DNA of 64,000 nt from Candidatus Kapaibacterium sp. Lineage in GTDB: Bacteria; Bacteroidota; Ignavibacteria; Kapaibacteriales; UBA2268. The position numbers and the translations under genes are program-made. The DNA is taken from assembly GCA_963665665.1 (NCBI GenBank), contig OY762428.1, positions 2,112,001 to 2,176,000 of the forward strand, in the 5' to 3' direction. Positions 29,334-40,718 of this stretch are shown here, piece after piece. Each line of letters starts with the position of its first letter. The stretch's first letter is position 1. The notes under the pieces are model-generated. The model saw nothing but the letters and a program-made list of their open reading frames with translations, was not told the DNA's origin and did not search any database.

Positions 29334-31806
29334 ATTTTATATCCTCCTTGTTAAAAGGTATTTTCAGCAGTATTTCAGTACCGTTTCCGGGACTGCTGAT
29401 AATGTTCACTTCAGCACCCATAAATTTAGCTCTTTCCCGGATACCAAGCAAGCCGAATGATTTGTTCTCGCCGATTGAATTTCCGTCAAATCCGACGCCG
29501 TTGTCCTTAATATCAAGAACGAGCACGCCATTAATGAATTTTAAATATAAATCTACCCTTGTAGCCTGGGAATGCCGTGAAACGTTAGTCAGTGTTTCCT
29601 GGAAAATCCTGAATACTGCCGTGGCAAAATCATCGTCCATTCTGGCTTCTTTCACTTCAAAATCCATAATACACCTGATGCCGGTGCGCCGCTGGAATTC
29701 AAAGCCGTGTTGTTCAAGGGCTGCAACCACTCCAAAGTGATCGAGAACTGAGGGGCGCAACTTGCCGGAAATGGATCGTACTTTTTTCACGGTAGTGTCT
29801 ATCAGCTCTTCCATGTTTTCAAAGCGTTCATGAAGTTTTGTCCTTTCGGGATCTATCTTTTCAGAAAGCCACCCGGCATCAAGCTTGATTGCAGTAAGCA
29901 GGTAGCCTAACTCATCATGAATTTCAAAAGCAATTTTCTTTCTTTCTTCCTCCCTCGCTATTTCAAGGTGAAATGCCCTGTTACGGAGTAGTTCGCGGGA
30001 TTTTTTCAGTTCAATTTCCACTTCCTTGCGGATGGTGATATCTCTTATAATTGCTATCAGCCCGACAAGCGAACCTTCTGAATCGGACATTATTTCCAGG
30101 GCCCATTCAATAGGAACGTTCCTGCGGGATTTTGTTTTTGTAACAAATTCTTTCGGAATGAGCGATTTATCCTCTTTCATCAGGTACATGAACCTGGAAA
30201 AATCTTCAAAACCGTCAGTTCCGGGCAGTGCATCAATGATATTTGAACCAAGAAGGTCCGGGCGTTTATATTCAAGTATCTTTGCAAAGGCGTCGTTCAG
30301 CTCGATTATCGTTCCGTCGGAATCAGTCAGTACAATGCCGTCAGGAGCCGTACCAACCAGGGTGCGGAATTTTTCCTCGCTCTTCCTGAGCGCTTCCTCC
30401 GAGAACATTTTTTGAGTAATATCTTCATAGATAACAACTACCTCGCCGGATGGAAGCTTATAAATATTAGTCTGCCGCCAACTGATAATACTGTTTTTTT
30501 CCTTTATAGTAATGGGCATTATCAGCGGTTTGTCATTACTCCATGTATTTCTTACATGATTAATAAGCTGTCCGATAAAACTGCCCTTTTCGAAATCATC
30601 GGTTGATTTGCCAATAATCTCATCTTTTTCAATCTTTTCGATTTTTTCCACCGAATCATTTATATTACTGATAAAGAAAGATTCAGCCATATTAGTTGTA
30701 GCAAAAACCATCACACCGCTACTCATGTGCGCAAACAGTCCCTTGAATCTTGCCTCGCTTTCCCTGAGAGCTTTTTCAGCCGTCACCGCCTCGGTTATAT
30801 CCCTGTCTATCAGGGAAACGCCGACTTTTTTCCCGGTAGCATCCACGAATGGGCAGATAGTTTGGGAAACATATATCAGCCTGCCATCTTTGCAAATCCT
30901 GGTGGTATCCAGCCTTTCAACAATTTCCTTACGGCTTACCCATTCCAGTTTTTCCAGCAGTTCGTTTCTCATATCAACCGGAACCAGGGTGGTAATGGAT
31001 TTTCCGATAATTTCCTGCGCTCTGTAGCCATAAGTCTGTTCGGCACCGGAATTCCAGCTTAAGATTGTACCGTCCCAGTGCACACCGAAAATAGCGTCAA
31101 TTGTAGATTCAACAATTGAAGTAAGAAGGTTCCATGTATGCTCTACCCTCATTCTGTTGGTAATATCACGCGCAATGGCAATGGCGCCGTAAATTTCGTT
31201 GCCTTTTTTCTTAAGAGGAACACCTATACCTTCCCAATAGCTGAAGTCGGTAGCTTCATCCTTGAACGGCTGGTAGGAAATTCCTTTCTTAATTTGCCTT
31301 AGTTCCATAGCCCAGTTGCAATAGGAATCAAGGAAGGTTCCTTCGTCGTAGCTGAAAGCCTGGCTTGCCCTGAATCCAATAGCATTCGGGCTTTTTTCCA
31401 GGGCTGCCTTGTTTGCCCAGCGAATCCTCATAGTACTATCCACCTGAACAATTATATCAGGAACGCCGTCCAGTACTGCCTGAAGTTCTGAACGCCCGCT
31501 GATAACCATCTTTTCTGCTTTTTCTCTTTTATTTTTTTGCTCTTCATATTCATTCCAACGTCTTGCTGAAAAAATCAAAAGGGTGATTGTCAGGAATATC
31601 ATTACCGGAAGAGCCTGAACCGGGTTAATAAAATTGAAAAGAAAGGAATAATCGATAAAAGTTGTGCTCCAATAAACAATGATGGAGAAAAAAATTGTTA
31701 TGCCTATATCCTTGAAGGTCTTGTTGTCCTTACGGCTAACCCAAATTTTATTAAACCAGTCTTTCATCGATAAACCCGGATATTTATACATACACCATAA
31801 TAGCAA
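29326..31806 (-). CDS. Multi-PAS sensor histidine kinase (HisKA_3)
   Basis: Two TM helices, about four PAS/PAC domains, EER..IA.EIHDELG, QE.LTNV.RHSQA, DNGVGF, GLLGIRERA. Confidence 0.93.
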   Translation of the reverse strand: MLLWCMYKYPGLSMKDWFNKIWVSRKDNKTFKDIGITIFFSIIVYWSTTFIDYSFLFNFINPVQALPVMIFLTITLLIFSARRWNEYEEQKNKREKAEKMVISGRSELQAVLDGVPDIIVQVDSTMRIRWANKAALEKSPNAIGFRASQAFSYDEGTFLDSYCNWAMELRQIKKGISYQPFKDEATDFSYWEGIGVPLKKKGNEIYGAIAIARDITNRMRVEHTWNLLTSIVESTIDAIFGVHWDGTILSWNSGAEQTYGYRAQEIIGKSITTLVPVDMRNELLEKLEWVSRKEIVERLDTTRICKDGRLIYVSQTICPFVDATGKKVGVSLIDRDITEAVTAEKALRESEARFKGLFAHMSSGVMVFATTNMAESFFISNINDSVEKIEKIEKDEIIGKSTDDFEKGSFIGQLINHVRNTWSNDKPLIMPITIKEKNSIISWRQTNIYKLPSGEVVVIYEDITQKMFSEEALRKSEEKFRTLVGTAPDGIVLTDSDGTIIELNDAFAKILEYKRPDLLGSNIIDALPGTDGFEDFSRFMYLMKEDKSLIPKEFVTKTKSRRNVPIEWALEIMSDSEGSLVGLIAIIRDITIRKEVEIELKKSRELLRNRAFHLEIAREEERKKIAFEIHDELGYLLTAIKLDAGWLSEKIDPERTKLHERFENMEELIDTTVKKVRSISGKLRPSVLDHFGVVAALEQHGFEFQRRTGIRCIMDFEVKEARMDDDFATAVFRIFQETLTNVSRHSQATRVDLYLKFINGVLVLDIKDNGVGFDGNSIGENKSFGLLGIRERAKFMGAEVNIISSPGNGTEILLKIPFNKEDIKYD

Positions 31807-32028
31807 ATCGGAATGAAATTCGCAAATTCTCAGTAATTACAATATAATAAATATGTAGATATTTTCCGGAATATAGCTTAAGAATCCTAAATCATTTTCA
31901 ATAATGAGCGTTTTTTAGTAACTTTGTTACCTGGCAGTATTGTATGCGGTTTATCTGCTTTTATCTATTGCCTTTAAGTAAAAAACGTAAATTTTTAATA
32001 ATTCAATAATATTATAAAGAGCAAGTCG

Positions 32029-33648
32029 ATGCAAAAGTTACTTTTATTAGGCGATGAAGCAATAGCTCAGGGTGCTCTTGACGCAGGAATGACAGGTATT
32101 TACGCCTATCCTGGTACGCCCTCGACCGAGATTACCGAATATGTTCAAAGATCGAAACAGGCTAAATCCGGAAATGTTCACTCTATGTGGTCGGCAAATG
32201 AAAAAACGGCTATGGAATCTGCCATTGGCGTTTCCTATGCCGGCAAACGTGCCATGGTATGCATGAAGCACGTCGGCCTGAACGTGGCAATGGATCCGTT
32301 TGTAAACTCTGCTGTTGCCGGTGCTAACGGCGGGCTGATCATTACTTCCGCAGATGACCCGTCTATGCATTCGTCTCAGAATGAACAGGATTCAAGATCA
32401 TTGGCTAAATTTTCTTTCATACCTATCCTTGAACCCAATGACCAGCAGGAAGCCTACGATATGGCTCACTACGGATTCGAACTTTCCGAGAAATATGAAA
32501 CTCCGGTTTTGATGAGAATTACAACCCGCCTGGCACACTCCCGTGCAGCGGTAGCCCCGAAAGAAAAAAGGCAGCAGAACGAAATTAAAATTCCAGGCAA
32601 CCCTATTCAATACGTTCTTATGCCGATGAATGCCAGAAAACAGTACAAAAAACTTCTGGAAAAACAACCTGTCCTTGAAAAAGAATCCGAAACATCCGGA
32701 TTTAATAAATATATTGACGGCAATGATAAATCGCTTGGTATAATTGCATCCGGTATTGCTTATAATTACCTGATGGAAAATTATCCCGAAGGAAAAGTTA
32801 ATCACCCGGTTCTGAAAATAGGACAGTATCCCTTGCCAAAGAAAATGATCGAAAAACTTGTGGATGAATGTGACGAAGTTATCGTAATTGAAGAAGGATT
32901 TCCCGTTATCGAGGAAATGCTTACAGGACTTCTGAACAGGGGGGTAAAAGTAAAAGGCCGTTTCGACGGTTCAGTACCACGTACCGGTGAATTAAACCCG
33001 AATATTGTAGCCGAAGCTCTCGGGCTGCCTAATACCAGGGGTAATGATATTCCGGCGCTGGTTGCCACAAGGCCTCCTAAACTTTGCCCCGGATGTCCTC
33101 ATATCGACACTTACAAAGCCCTTAACGAAGCATTAACATCTTATTCAAAAGGCCGGGTAATGTCTGATATTGGCTGCTATACTCTCGGAGCTCTTCCCCC
33201 GTTCGATTCAATAAACTCATGCGTGGATATGGGTGCATCAATAACAATGGCCAAAGGCCTTTCTGATGCGGGAATGCACCCGGCAGTTGCAGTTATCGGC
33301 GATTCCACATTTACTCATAGCGGTATGACAGGACTTCTTGACTGTGTTATCGAGAAAACACCCGTAACAATTATAATTGTTGATAATGCCACTACAGCAA
33401 TGACCGGCGGACAGAATTCAGCAGCTTATGGCAGGCTGGAAAATATCTGCAAAGGAATCGGTGTTGAGGAAGAACATATTAAAGTTATCAACCCGTTAAA
33501 GAAAAACCACGACAGCTTTGTTCAAACCCTGAAAGAAGAATTGGAGTACAAAGGTGTTTCCGTTATAATACCACGCAGGGAATGTGTGGTAACACTTAGC
33601 CAGAAAACAAGGGCAAAAAAGAAAGCAAGAAAAGCTGAAAGCAAGTAA
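32029..33648 (+). CDS. iorA: Indolepyruvate:ferredoxin oxidoreductase alpha subunit
   Basis: AYPGTPSTEI, MKHVGLNVA.D, SSQNEQDSR, CPGCPH, DIGCYTLG, GDSTF.HSG, TAMTGGQ. Confidence 0.95.
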   Translation: MQKLLLLGDEAIAQGALDAGMTGIYAYPGTPSTEITEYVQRSKQAKSGNVHSMWSANEKTAMESAIGVSYAGKRAMVCMKHVGLNVAMDPFVNSAVAGANGGLIITSADDPSMHSSQNEQDSRSLAKFSFIPILEPNDQQEAYDMAHYGFELSEKYETPVLMRITTRLAHSRAAVAPKEKRQQNEIKIPGNPIQYVLMPMNARKQYKKLLEKQPVLEKESETSGFNKYIDGNDKSLGIIASGIAYNYLMENYPEGKVNHPVLKIGQYPLPKKMIEKLVDECDEVIVIEEGFPVIEEMLTGLLNRGVKVKGRFDGSVPRTGELNPNIVAEALGLPNTRGNDIPALVATRPPKLCPGCPHIDTYKALNEALTSYSKGRVMSDIGCYTLGALPPFDSINSCVDMGASITMAKGLSDAGMHPAVAVIGDSTFTHSGMTGLLDCVIEKTPVTIIIVDNATTAMTGGQNSAAYGRLENICKGIGVEEEHIKVINPLKKNHDSFVQTLKEELEYKGVSVIIPRRECVVTLSQKTRAKKKARKAESK

Positions 33649-33716
33649 TCGTGTTAATTGTATTTAAAATATTCAGCAAAGAAAATGGATTATAATTTTG
33701 TATATAAATTGTATTT

Positions 33717-33790
33717 GACCCCTCCCAAACCTCCCCGAAGGGGAGGGCTTTAAGAATAAGCCCCTCCTTCGGAGGGGTTTTGGGAGGTCG
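33717..33790. repeat. REP-like long palindrome between iorA and iorB
   Basis: GACCCCTCCCAAACCTCCCCGAAGGGAGGGCTT...AAGCCCCTCCTTCGGAGGGGTTTTGGGAGGTC; half-copy at about 48014-48049. Confidence 0.75.
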
Positions 33791-33880
33791 GGTTTATCAA
33801 TATTATTCTCTGATTTTCAGAACAGCTGAGTAAATATTTATAGTATTTAAGATTTTTTAAACATAATAATTGAAAACGAA

Positions 33881-34453
33881 ATGAAAAAAGATATAATATT
33901 ATCAGGCGTGGGCGGCCAGGGCATTATCTCGATTGCCGCCACTATTGGCTACGCTGCCGTTGAAGCCGGGCTTTACCTGAAACAATCTGAAGTTCATGGC
34001 ATGAGCCAGCGCGGTGGTGACGTTTCTTCCCACTTCCGCCTTTCTGACAAACCTATCAATTCAGATATTATCCCCGAGGGAAAAGCGGATATTATCATTT
34101 CCGTCGAGCCGATGGAATCTCTCCGCTACCTGCCTTACCTGGCTCCGGACGGATGGCTGATTACTAACACAAATCCTTATGTAAACATTCCAAATTACCC
34201 GGAAATTGAAGATGTGCTTGCTGAAGTTAAAAAACAGCCAAACCACATAGCAATGGATGCTGATAAGATTGCACACGACCTTGGATCTCCGAAATCGGCA
34301 AATATTGTTGTGCTTGGCGCTGCAACTCCCTACCTCGGCATGGAACTTGAAAAATTTGAAAGCTCACTGAAAACATTATTCGGACGCAAGGGCGATGCTA
34401 TTGTTCAAGCAAACATAAAAGCACTGCACGCCGGCCGCGAACTGGCTCTTTAA
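33881..34453 (+). CDS. iorB: Indolepyruvate oxidoreductase beta subunit
   Basis: GVGGQG, SEVHGMSQRGG.V.SH.R, AN.V.LGA. Confidence 0.95.
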   Translation: MKKDIILSGVGGQGIISIAATIGYAAVEAGLYLKQSEVHGMSQRGGDVSSHFRLSDKPINSDIIPEGKADIIISVEPMESLRYLPYLAPDGWLITNTNPYVNIPNYPEIEDVLAEVKKQPNHIAMDADKIAHDLGSPKSANIVVLGAATPYLGMELEKFESSLKTLFGRKGDAIVQANIKALHAGRELAL

Positions 34454-34481
34454 ATTTTATCCGTATTATCAAATTAACGGA

Positions 34482-34509
34482 AAAGAGGCGCTTATTGAAG
34501 CGCCTCTTT
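34482..34509 (+). terminator. Intrinsic terminator after iorB
   Basis: AAAGAGGCGCTT-ATTG-AAGCGCCTCTTT perfect 12-bp stem. Confidence 0.75.
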
Positions 34510-34875
34510 GCTTTGAGCCGGCATGGCAACCGCACGATGGAGTAACTCTTCAAAATGGCTGAATTGTATTATTGATTGGTAAGACAACGAGAAAGCAAAA
34601 GTTGTTTCGGGAACTTGATTGACCTGATGCCAAGGGTGGCCCTGCATTAATATTGATGTAAATACAGCATACAATAATAGAGAAGACCTGTGCAGACATT
34701 TATACTTTTTGCTATTGAAAAATAATCCGAATTTTATTATTCTTTACTCATTTTGTTTTATAGGTGGAGAAAGGAACTAATTGTTTCAGCAATTTATTAC
34801 AAACAAATTCAGGTTAATTTTACATTTTTTTTATTATCTTTCTTTTAAACTTTATCAACAATAACAGAAATAAAA

Positions 34876-35358
34876 ATGGCAAAAATGAAATTTCCTGCAA
34901 CACCTGCTACACGATTCCTTAAAGCTAAGAAAATCGAATTTGAAAGTTATATGTACAACTACGAGGAGCACGGCGGTACCGCCCAAACAGCGAAAGAATT
35001 GGGAATTGACGAACATGCCGTAATAAAAACACTGGTATTTCGCGCAGAAAAAGGCAACCCCTATATTGTGCTTATGCATGGCGATAAAGAAGTTTCCGCC
35101 AAAGAACTGGCACGGCAGGCCGGCAGCAAGAAGGCCGAACCTTGCGACACCAAAACAGCTATGAATTTTACAGGATACCAGTTCGGGGGAACATCTCCTT
35201 TCGGAACAAGAAAAGAAATGAAAATATATGCCGAGGAAAGTATTTTCGAACTGAATCAAATATATATCAACGGAGGTAAGCAGGGATATATTATCGTGAT
35301 CTCCCCCCGCCAATTAGATGAATGCCTGAAAATCATTAAAATTAATGTTGCTATATAA
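34876..35358 (+). CDS. ybaK: Cys-tRNA(Pro) deacylase (YbaK/EbsC family)
   Basis: TPA.R.L, KTLV, TGY..GGTSPFG, INGG..G. Confidence 0.9.
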   Translation: MAKMKFPATPATRFLKAKKIEFESYMYNYEEHGGTAQTAKELGIDEHAVIKTLVFRAEKGNPYIVLMHGDKEVSAKELARQAGSKKAEPCDTKTAMNFTGYQFGGTSPFGTRKEMKIYAEESIFELNQIYINGGKQGYIIVISPRQLDECLKIIKINVAI

Positions 35359-35430
35359 AAATATTTTATTTATAATAGTAAATAAATGATTCATTTGAAT
35401 CAATTTTTTCAAAAATGGCTGACTATTTAG

Positions 35431-37005
35431 ATGAAAGAAGATAATGCAGCACCAAGGTTTACATTTATTTCAGCAGGAGTTTTCTGGCTCATTGTAATTA
35501 TCGTATCTGCGTGGTTTAATATTGATGAAGCGAAAAAAAATATTGATAACAATGTACTTGAAGCCTCAAGATCTTTTTTCAAAGAAATTGTTACTACCAG
35601 GCAATGGAATGCTCAGCACGGAGGTGTGTATGTTAAAATAACAGAAAACACACAGCCCAATCCATATCTTGATGTTCCAGACAGAGATATTGAAACAGCT
35701 GATGGTGTAAAGCTAACAATGATCAATCCTGCATACATGACCCGCCAAATATCAGAGATTGCAAAAAGTAATGACGATGTTTTATACCATATCACAAGTT
35801 CAAACCCAATAAGGCCTGCCAATAAAGCTGACGTTTGGGAAGAACGTGTTCTGAGTAACTTCGAAAATGGTAACAAAGAAGCTTTCGGTTTGGTATCCTA
35901 TCTTGAATTGAATTACTACAGGTATATGGCTCCGTTGTTTGTAAATGAAAGCTGCATGAAATGCCATGAAAAGCAGGGCTATAAGATCGGGGAAGTAAGG
36001 GGCGGCATCAGCGTTAGTATACCGGCAGATAATTTTATCAGTACATACCGGGCACAATTTGTAAGTATCAGCTTATGGCATTTTGTCTTTTTAATTCTCG
36101 GATGGGGTGGTATATATCTATTTGGAAAACGAATTTACTTGCAATATTCAACCATTCATTCTACAAATGAGGAACTTAAAAAAATTGATTCGCTCAGGAA
36201 ATTAGAACTGAAAAAAAATATTAAATTAAATAAAGAATTGGATAATAAGGTAAAAGAAAGAACCAGTGAGCTTGAAATCGCGAAGGAGAAAATATCAATG
36301 TTCCTCCGATCCGAAAAAGAAATAAATGAAATGAAAACAAGGTTTATAAACCTGATACACCATGAATTCAAAACCCCTCTGACCGTTGTTCTTTCATCCT
36401 CAGAAATAATTAAGGTTTTGTCTTCCAATAAGCAAAACTGTGAATTATCCGACCATTTGAGTAAAATAAATACTGCCGTTAAAAACATGGATAAGCTCCT
36501 ATCCTATGTTCAGTATTTTCAGCAAAGTAACAAAATGCTCAAGGAATTTTCACCAGAAAAATTTGATATTATTGAAACCATCAATTTTATAATCAAATCT
36601 CGGCCCGAAAAATATACTGATCGGCAAATTACTTTCAAACATAATGGATGTCAGTCTTTTACATTTTACAGTGATAAAAAACTTTTTGAATATATCGTCA
36701 GGGAAGTAATAACAAATGCCCTGAAATTTTCCCCAAAAAACTCGGCCGTTAATGTGGTTTTGGATTCCGGACCTGAAAGCTTTTTAATAATAATAAAGGA
36801 TGATGGCGACGGAATACATGGAGACGATCTACCAAAAATTATGGATCCGTTTTATAAACAGGCAGACAAAATTGGAATTGATTCAGGCCTCGGGCTTGGG
36901 CTATCGATAGTTAAGAAATATATTGAAATCATGGGGGGCAATATTGAAATTACAAGTAAAAAATGTGAAGGTACCACTGTTACATTGAACTTTAATATTA
37001 AATAA
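35431..37005 (+). CDS. Sensor histidine kinase with periplasmic DUF3365/Tll0287-like c-type heme domain
   Basis: WNA.HGGVY, NPAYMTRQISE, CMKCH heme motif, RGGISVSIP; HEFKTPL, NALKFS, GLGLGL. Confidence 0.9.
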   Translation: MKEDNAAPRFTFISAGVFWLIVIIVSAWFNIDEAKKNIDNNVLEASRSFFKEIVTTRQWNAQHGGVYVKITENTQPNPYLDVPDRDIETADGVKLTMINPAYMTRQISEIAKSNDDVLYHITSSNPIRPANKADVWEERVLSNFENGNKEAFGLVSYLELNYYRYMAPLFVNESCMKCHEKQGYKIGEVRGGISVSIPADNFISTYRAQFVSISLWHFVFLILGWGGIYLFGKRIYLQYSTIHSTNEELKKIDSLRKLELKKNIKLNKELDNKVKERTSELEIAKEKISMFLRSEKEINEMKTRFINLIHHEFKTPLTVVLSSSEIIKVLSSNKQNCELSDHLSKINTAVKNMDKLLSYVQYFQQSNKMLKEFSPEKFDIIETINFIIKSRPEKYTDRQITFKHNGCQSFTFYSDKKLFEYIVREVITNALKFSPKNSAVNVVLDSGPESFLIIIKDDGDGIHGDDLPKIMDPFYKQADKIGIDSGLGLGLSIVKKYIEIMGGNIEITSKKCEGTTVTLNFNIK

Positions 37006-37190
37006 TTTGCTAAAAGAATTTTTCTTTTTTAACCTAACAAGCAACTCCCGTAGCAAAAGGCAGGAAATTCGCCCGAATAGATTAAATAATTTATATAAAT
37101 AATTATATTTTAATTACAAATTCATTGCCTGAGCGTCAATTTTATTTTAATTTTGTTTTTTTACTTTGTATCAATAACGTATAAAGTGTT

Positions 37191-37814
37191 ATGAAATCAA
37201 CTAATATAAAATGGCACAGAAGCAAGATAACCACTCCTGAAATTGAAGATAAACAGGGACACAAAGGTTGTGTACTCTGGTTTACCGGACTTAGTGCATC
37301 CGGAAAATCAACGCTTGCAGTTGAATTGGAACGCCGCCTGTTTGATTCAGGCCACAGGGTTACTGTACTTGACGGGGACAATGTCAGGCACGGACTGAAT
37401 AAAAATCTTGGTTTTTCGCAGGAGGACAGGGAAGAAAATATCAGGAGAATTTCCGAAGTTGCAAAGCTTTTCAGGGCTGTAGGAATGATCGTAATTACCG
37501 CCTTCATTTCTCCTTACCGCCGGGACAGGGATATGGCAAGGGCCTTATTCAATGATAACAGCTTTAAGGAATTCTATGTAAAATGCAACATTGATGAGTG
37601 TAAGAAACGTGACCCAAAAGGTTTGTATCAGAAGGCAATTGACGGAGTAATCAAGGAATTTACAGGTATTTCCGCTCCTTACGAGGCACCAGAGACACCT
37701 GAACTTGTTGTTGAAACTGATAAGAACGATATCGAAACATGCGTGAACCAGATTATTGAATATCTGAAAGAAAGCAAAGTAATTGATATCAACGGAGATT
37801 CAGGCATTATATAG
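37191..37814 (+). CDS. cysC: Adenylyl-sulfate kinase
   Basis: [39 protein letters not shown]. Confidence 0.97.
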   Translation: MKSTNIKWHRSKITTPEIEDKQGHKGCVLWFTGLSASGKSTLAVELERRLFDSGHRVTVLDGDNVRHGLNKNLGFSQEDREENIRRISEVAKLFRAVGMIVITAFISPYRRDRDMARALFNDNSFKEFYVKCNIDECKKRDPKGLYQKAIDGVIKEFTGISAPYEAPETPELVVETDKNDIETCVNQIIEYLKESKVIDINGDSGII

Positions 37815-37831
37815 TTAGTTTTTCAACTTAT

Positions 37832-37870
37832 AAAAAGTCCGTCAGGATTGATCCTGCCGGACCTTTTTTT
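37832..37870. terminator. Bidirectional terminator between cysC and the TetR gene
   Basis: AAAAAGTCCGTCAGGAT-TG-ATCCTGCCGGACCTTTTTTT. Confidence 0.7.
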
Positions 37871-37895
37871 AAACAGCTGCTTCAGATATATCATA

Positions 37896-38501
37896 TCAAA
37901 ATTCCAGAATACTTTCTATCTGCTCATTGCTTATTTTCATAAACTCGGCATAGGAAGAAGGCTGCCTGCGATTCATGTAGTATAATAAAATACCGGCTAC
38001 TGTGTATTTCATTTGTTCCTTCCTGATTGCCGCAACACCGGGGGTCATATTCCTTTCTCTTACACAATAATCCCATTCTGAAGAACTAAGTGTATCAACA
38101 AAATTATAGATCATTTCCGTAGTTGGTTTCTTTCCTACAAAGTCATTCATTCTTTCTATGTAAAAAAGCTCGTATATTCCGGGATACTGTATGAAAAACT
38201 TCATATATGCCAGGTTGATAGCCCTTATCATAGTGCAGCCCCTTGCTACTCCCTCGGTTTCCTTACGGATAAAATGCCTGCATTCCTCCAGAAAGTCATG
38301 CACACATTCGAATATCAGCTCGTTTGCATCCTTGAAATAGTTATACAAAGTAGCATATGAATAACCTGCCCTGTCAGCTATATTTCTTACACTGATATTC
38401 CTCAGGCCTTCACCTTTCAGAATTTCCTTTGCCGCCTGGATAAAATATCCCCTCATTCTTTGCTCCTGAATTTCTTTATTTCCCACTTTAACGCCTTTCA
38501 T
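37896..38501 (-). CDS. TetR/AcrR family regulator
   Basis: SVRNIADRAGYSYATLYNYFKD HTH; likely start ATG 38501 rather than 38609. Confidence 0.9.
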   Translation of the reverse strand: MKGVKVGNKEIQEQRMRGYFIQAAKEILKGEGLRNISVRNIADRAGYSYATLYNYFKDANELIFECVHDFLEECRHFIRKETEGVARGCTMIRAINLAYMKFFIQYPGIYELFYIERMNDFVGKKPTTEMIYNFVDTLSSSEWDYCVRERNMTPGVAAIRKEQMKYTVAGILLYYMNRRQPSSYAEFMKISNEQIESILEF

Positions 38502-38504
38502 ATT

Positions 38505-38555
38505 ATTAATAGTGTTAATTATTATTATATCGCAAATATAATTAACAGTGTTAAT
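38505..38555. promoter_or_regulatory. Two palindromic operators, probable TetR autoregulation
   Basis: ATTAATA-G-TGTTAAT (38505-38519) and perfect ATTAACA-G-TGTTAAT (38541-38555). Confidence 0.6.
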
Positions 38556-38717
38556 ATTTGCAAGAAATATTTTCTCAGCCTGAAAAAATAGAAGAAAATC
38601 AGCTATCATACAGGACTATTTCTTTAATTGTTATTGGAATCCGGCTAATAAAATTTTATTTTCAGTGAAAAATAATTTATTTTGCCTGTTATTGTAGTAA
38701 CCATTATCGGTTAATAA

Positions 38718-39868
38718 GTGGGGAATGCTGAAAAAGAAATAGAGCTGTCCGTTGTTATGCCTTGCCTTAACGAAGTGAAGACTGTCGGGTTGTGCGTGGC
38801 CAAAGCAATGAATTTTATGAAATCTAACGATATTCATGGCGAAGTTATTGTTGCGGACAACGGCTCGGTTGACGGCTCGGTTGAAGCAGCAAAAAATGCC
38901 GGGGCCAGAGTTATAGGCATAAAACAAAAGGGCTACGGCAGTGCTTTGATGGGAGGAATTTCCAAAGCAAAGGGAAAATATGTGATAATGGGAGATTCCG
39001 ACGACAGCTATGATTTTTCTGACCTGAAGAAATTTGTTGATCAGCTGCGCCGTGGAAATGACTTGGTAATGGGCAACAGGTTCAAGGGCGAGATAAAAAA
39101 GGGAGCCATGCCCTGGCATCATAAATACCTGGGGAATCCCGTTCTATCAGGTATCGGCAAATTATTTTTTAAGAGCCCTGTTAATGATTTCCATTGTGGC
39201 CTTAGGGGGTTTACTCTTGAGGCTTATAAAAAATGGATATGCAGACGACGGGAATGGAATTTGCATCTGAAATGGTTGTGAAAGCTACTCTTATGGATTT
39301 AAAAATTTCCGAAGTGCCGATCACATTATCACCTGACGGACGAGAGGGCAAGCCGCACCTCCGAAGCTTCAGGGACGGGTGGAGGCATCTGCGTTTTCTT
39401 TTTCTTTATACTCCGCGCTGGCTTTTTCTCTACCCGGGGCTGGGCATGATGTTCGCAGGATTCCTGGCATTGATGTATATATTCCTGTTTCCTGACATTT
39501 CCTGGGATATCCATACCATGCTATATGCATCCGGATCAATAATGATCGGATTTCAGGCTGCCATACTTGCGGTATACTCCAAAGTATTTGCAATTCACGA
39601 GCGTCTTTTGCCTTCCAGCCCGAAGGCAGAAAAGGTGCTGAAAAAATATACTCCCGAAAAAGGTATTGCTATAAGCCTGATATTACTTGTAATTGGTATA
39701 GTTGGTTTTGTATATTCCATATTTATCTGGCAGGAAGGAACATTCTTCGAACTCGGAATCAGGATAACCATGAGATACGTTATCGCATCGGTTACATTTC
39801 TTGTTTTGGGTTTTCAGCTATTCTTCTCCAGCTTATTTTATTTCATATTAAAATTAAACACCCGCTAA
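38718..39868 (+). pseudogene. GT2 polyprenol-phosphate glycosyltransferase, frameshifted in an A-run near 39228-39233
   Basis: VVMPCLNE, DNGS.DGS, DFHCGLRGF in ORF1 continue as MEFASEMVVKA, HLRSFRDGWRHLRF in ORF2. Confidence 0.85.
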
Positions 39869-39872
39869 AGCC

Positions 39873-40637
39873 ATGCCTGCAGTCAGTATTATAACCGTAT
39901 GCCTGAACGAAAAGGCAACTATTGCCCGGACACTTGACAGTATTCTGAGCCAGACAAACCGTGATTTTGAATTAATTGTTATCGACGGAGGGTCTGATGA
40001 CGGAACTGTTGATATAATCAATAAATATTTACAAAATATTGAAAAATTTGTTTCCGAAAAAGATAATGGAATATTCCACGCCCAGAACAAAGGGGCGAAT
40101 CTTGCCGAAGGTGAATACCTTTTATTTTTAAATGCCGGCGATGCAATATGTGATTCTTATCTTATAAAAAAATTCGTTGAGCATAAAAACAAAACCGATA
40201 TTATAAGCGGGGATATTGTATTTGAAAGGGGCGGAAGGCTTCTTTATCGCAGGCCTTCGCCCGATAAGATTACCCGACGCTTCATGCTGCTTGAAAGCCT
40301 GCCTCATCCGGCAAGTTTTATCAGAAGGGAATTACTTCTCCGGGCTGGCAGATATGATATGAGCAAAGGAACTTTTGCCGATTATGATTTCTTTATGAAA
40401 GCCTTGTTCGAAATGAATGCCACATATAGCAGGCTATCCCACAGGGCTGCTATATTCAACCTTGACGGTATCAGCAGTGGTAAGGATAAATCTTTAAAGG
40501 CAAAAATCATGAGAGAGAACATTCAAAATGAATATCTGAATAGTGATCTTTTAATGAAATACAGAACTTTTAACCCGATTTTTGATCTTCTTTTCAAGAA
40601 AATACCACATTTTTATTATCGCCTGCGTGGAATTTAA
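39873..40637 (+). CDS. Glycosyltransferase family 2
   Basis: SIITVCLN, IDGGSDDGT, SEKDNGI..A.NKG, FLNAGD. Confidence 0.93.
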   Translation: MPAVSIITVCLNEKATIARTLDSILSQTNRDFELIVIDGGSDDGTVDIINKYLQNIEKFVSEKDNGIFHAQNKGANLAEGEYLLFLNAGDAICDSYLIKKFVEHKNKTDIISGDIVFERGGRLLYRRPSPDKITRRFMLLESLPHPASFIRRELLLRAGRYDMSKGTFADYDFFMKALFEMNATYSRLSHRAAIFNLDGISSGKDKSLKAKIMRENIQNEYLNSDLLMKYRTFNPIFDLLFKKIPHFYYRLRGI

Positions 40638-40718
40638 TAATCAAATCAGGTTTTTCTTTATTTATTATTTATATTTGCGGATGTAAACCTTTGGTATGAA
40701 TAATTCAAAGATCATAAA

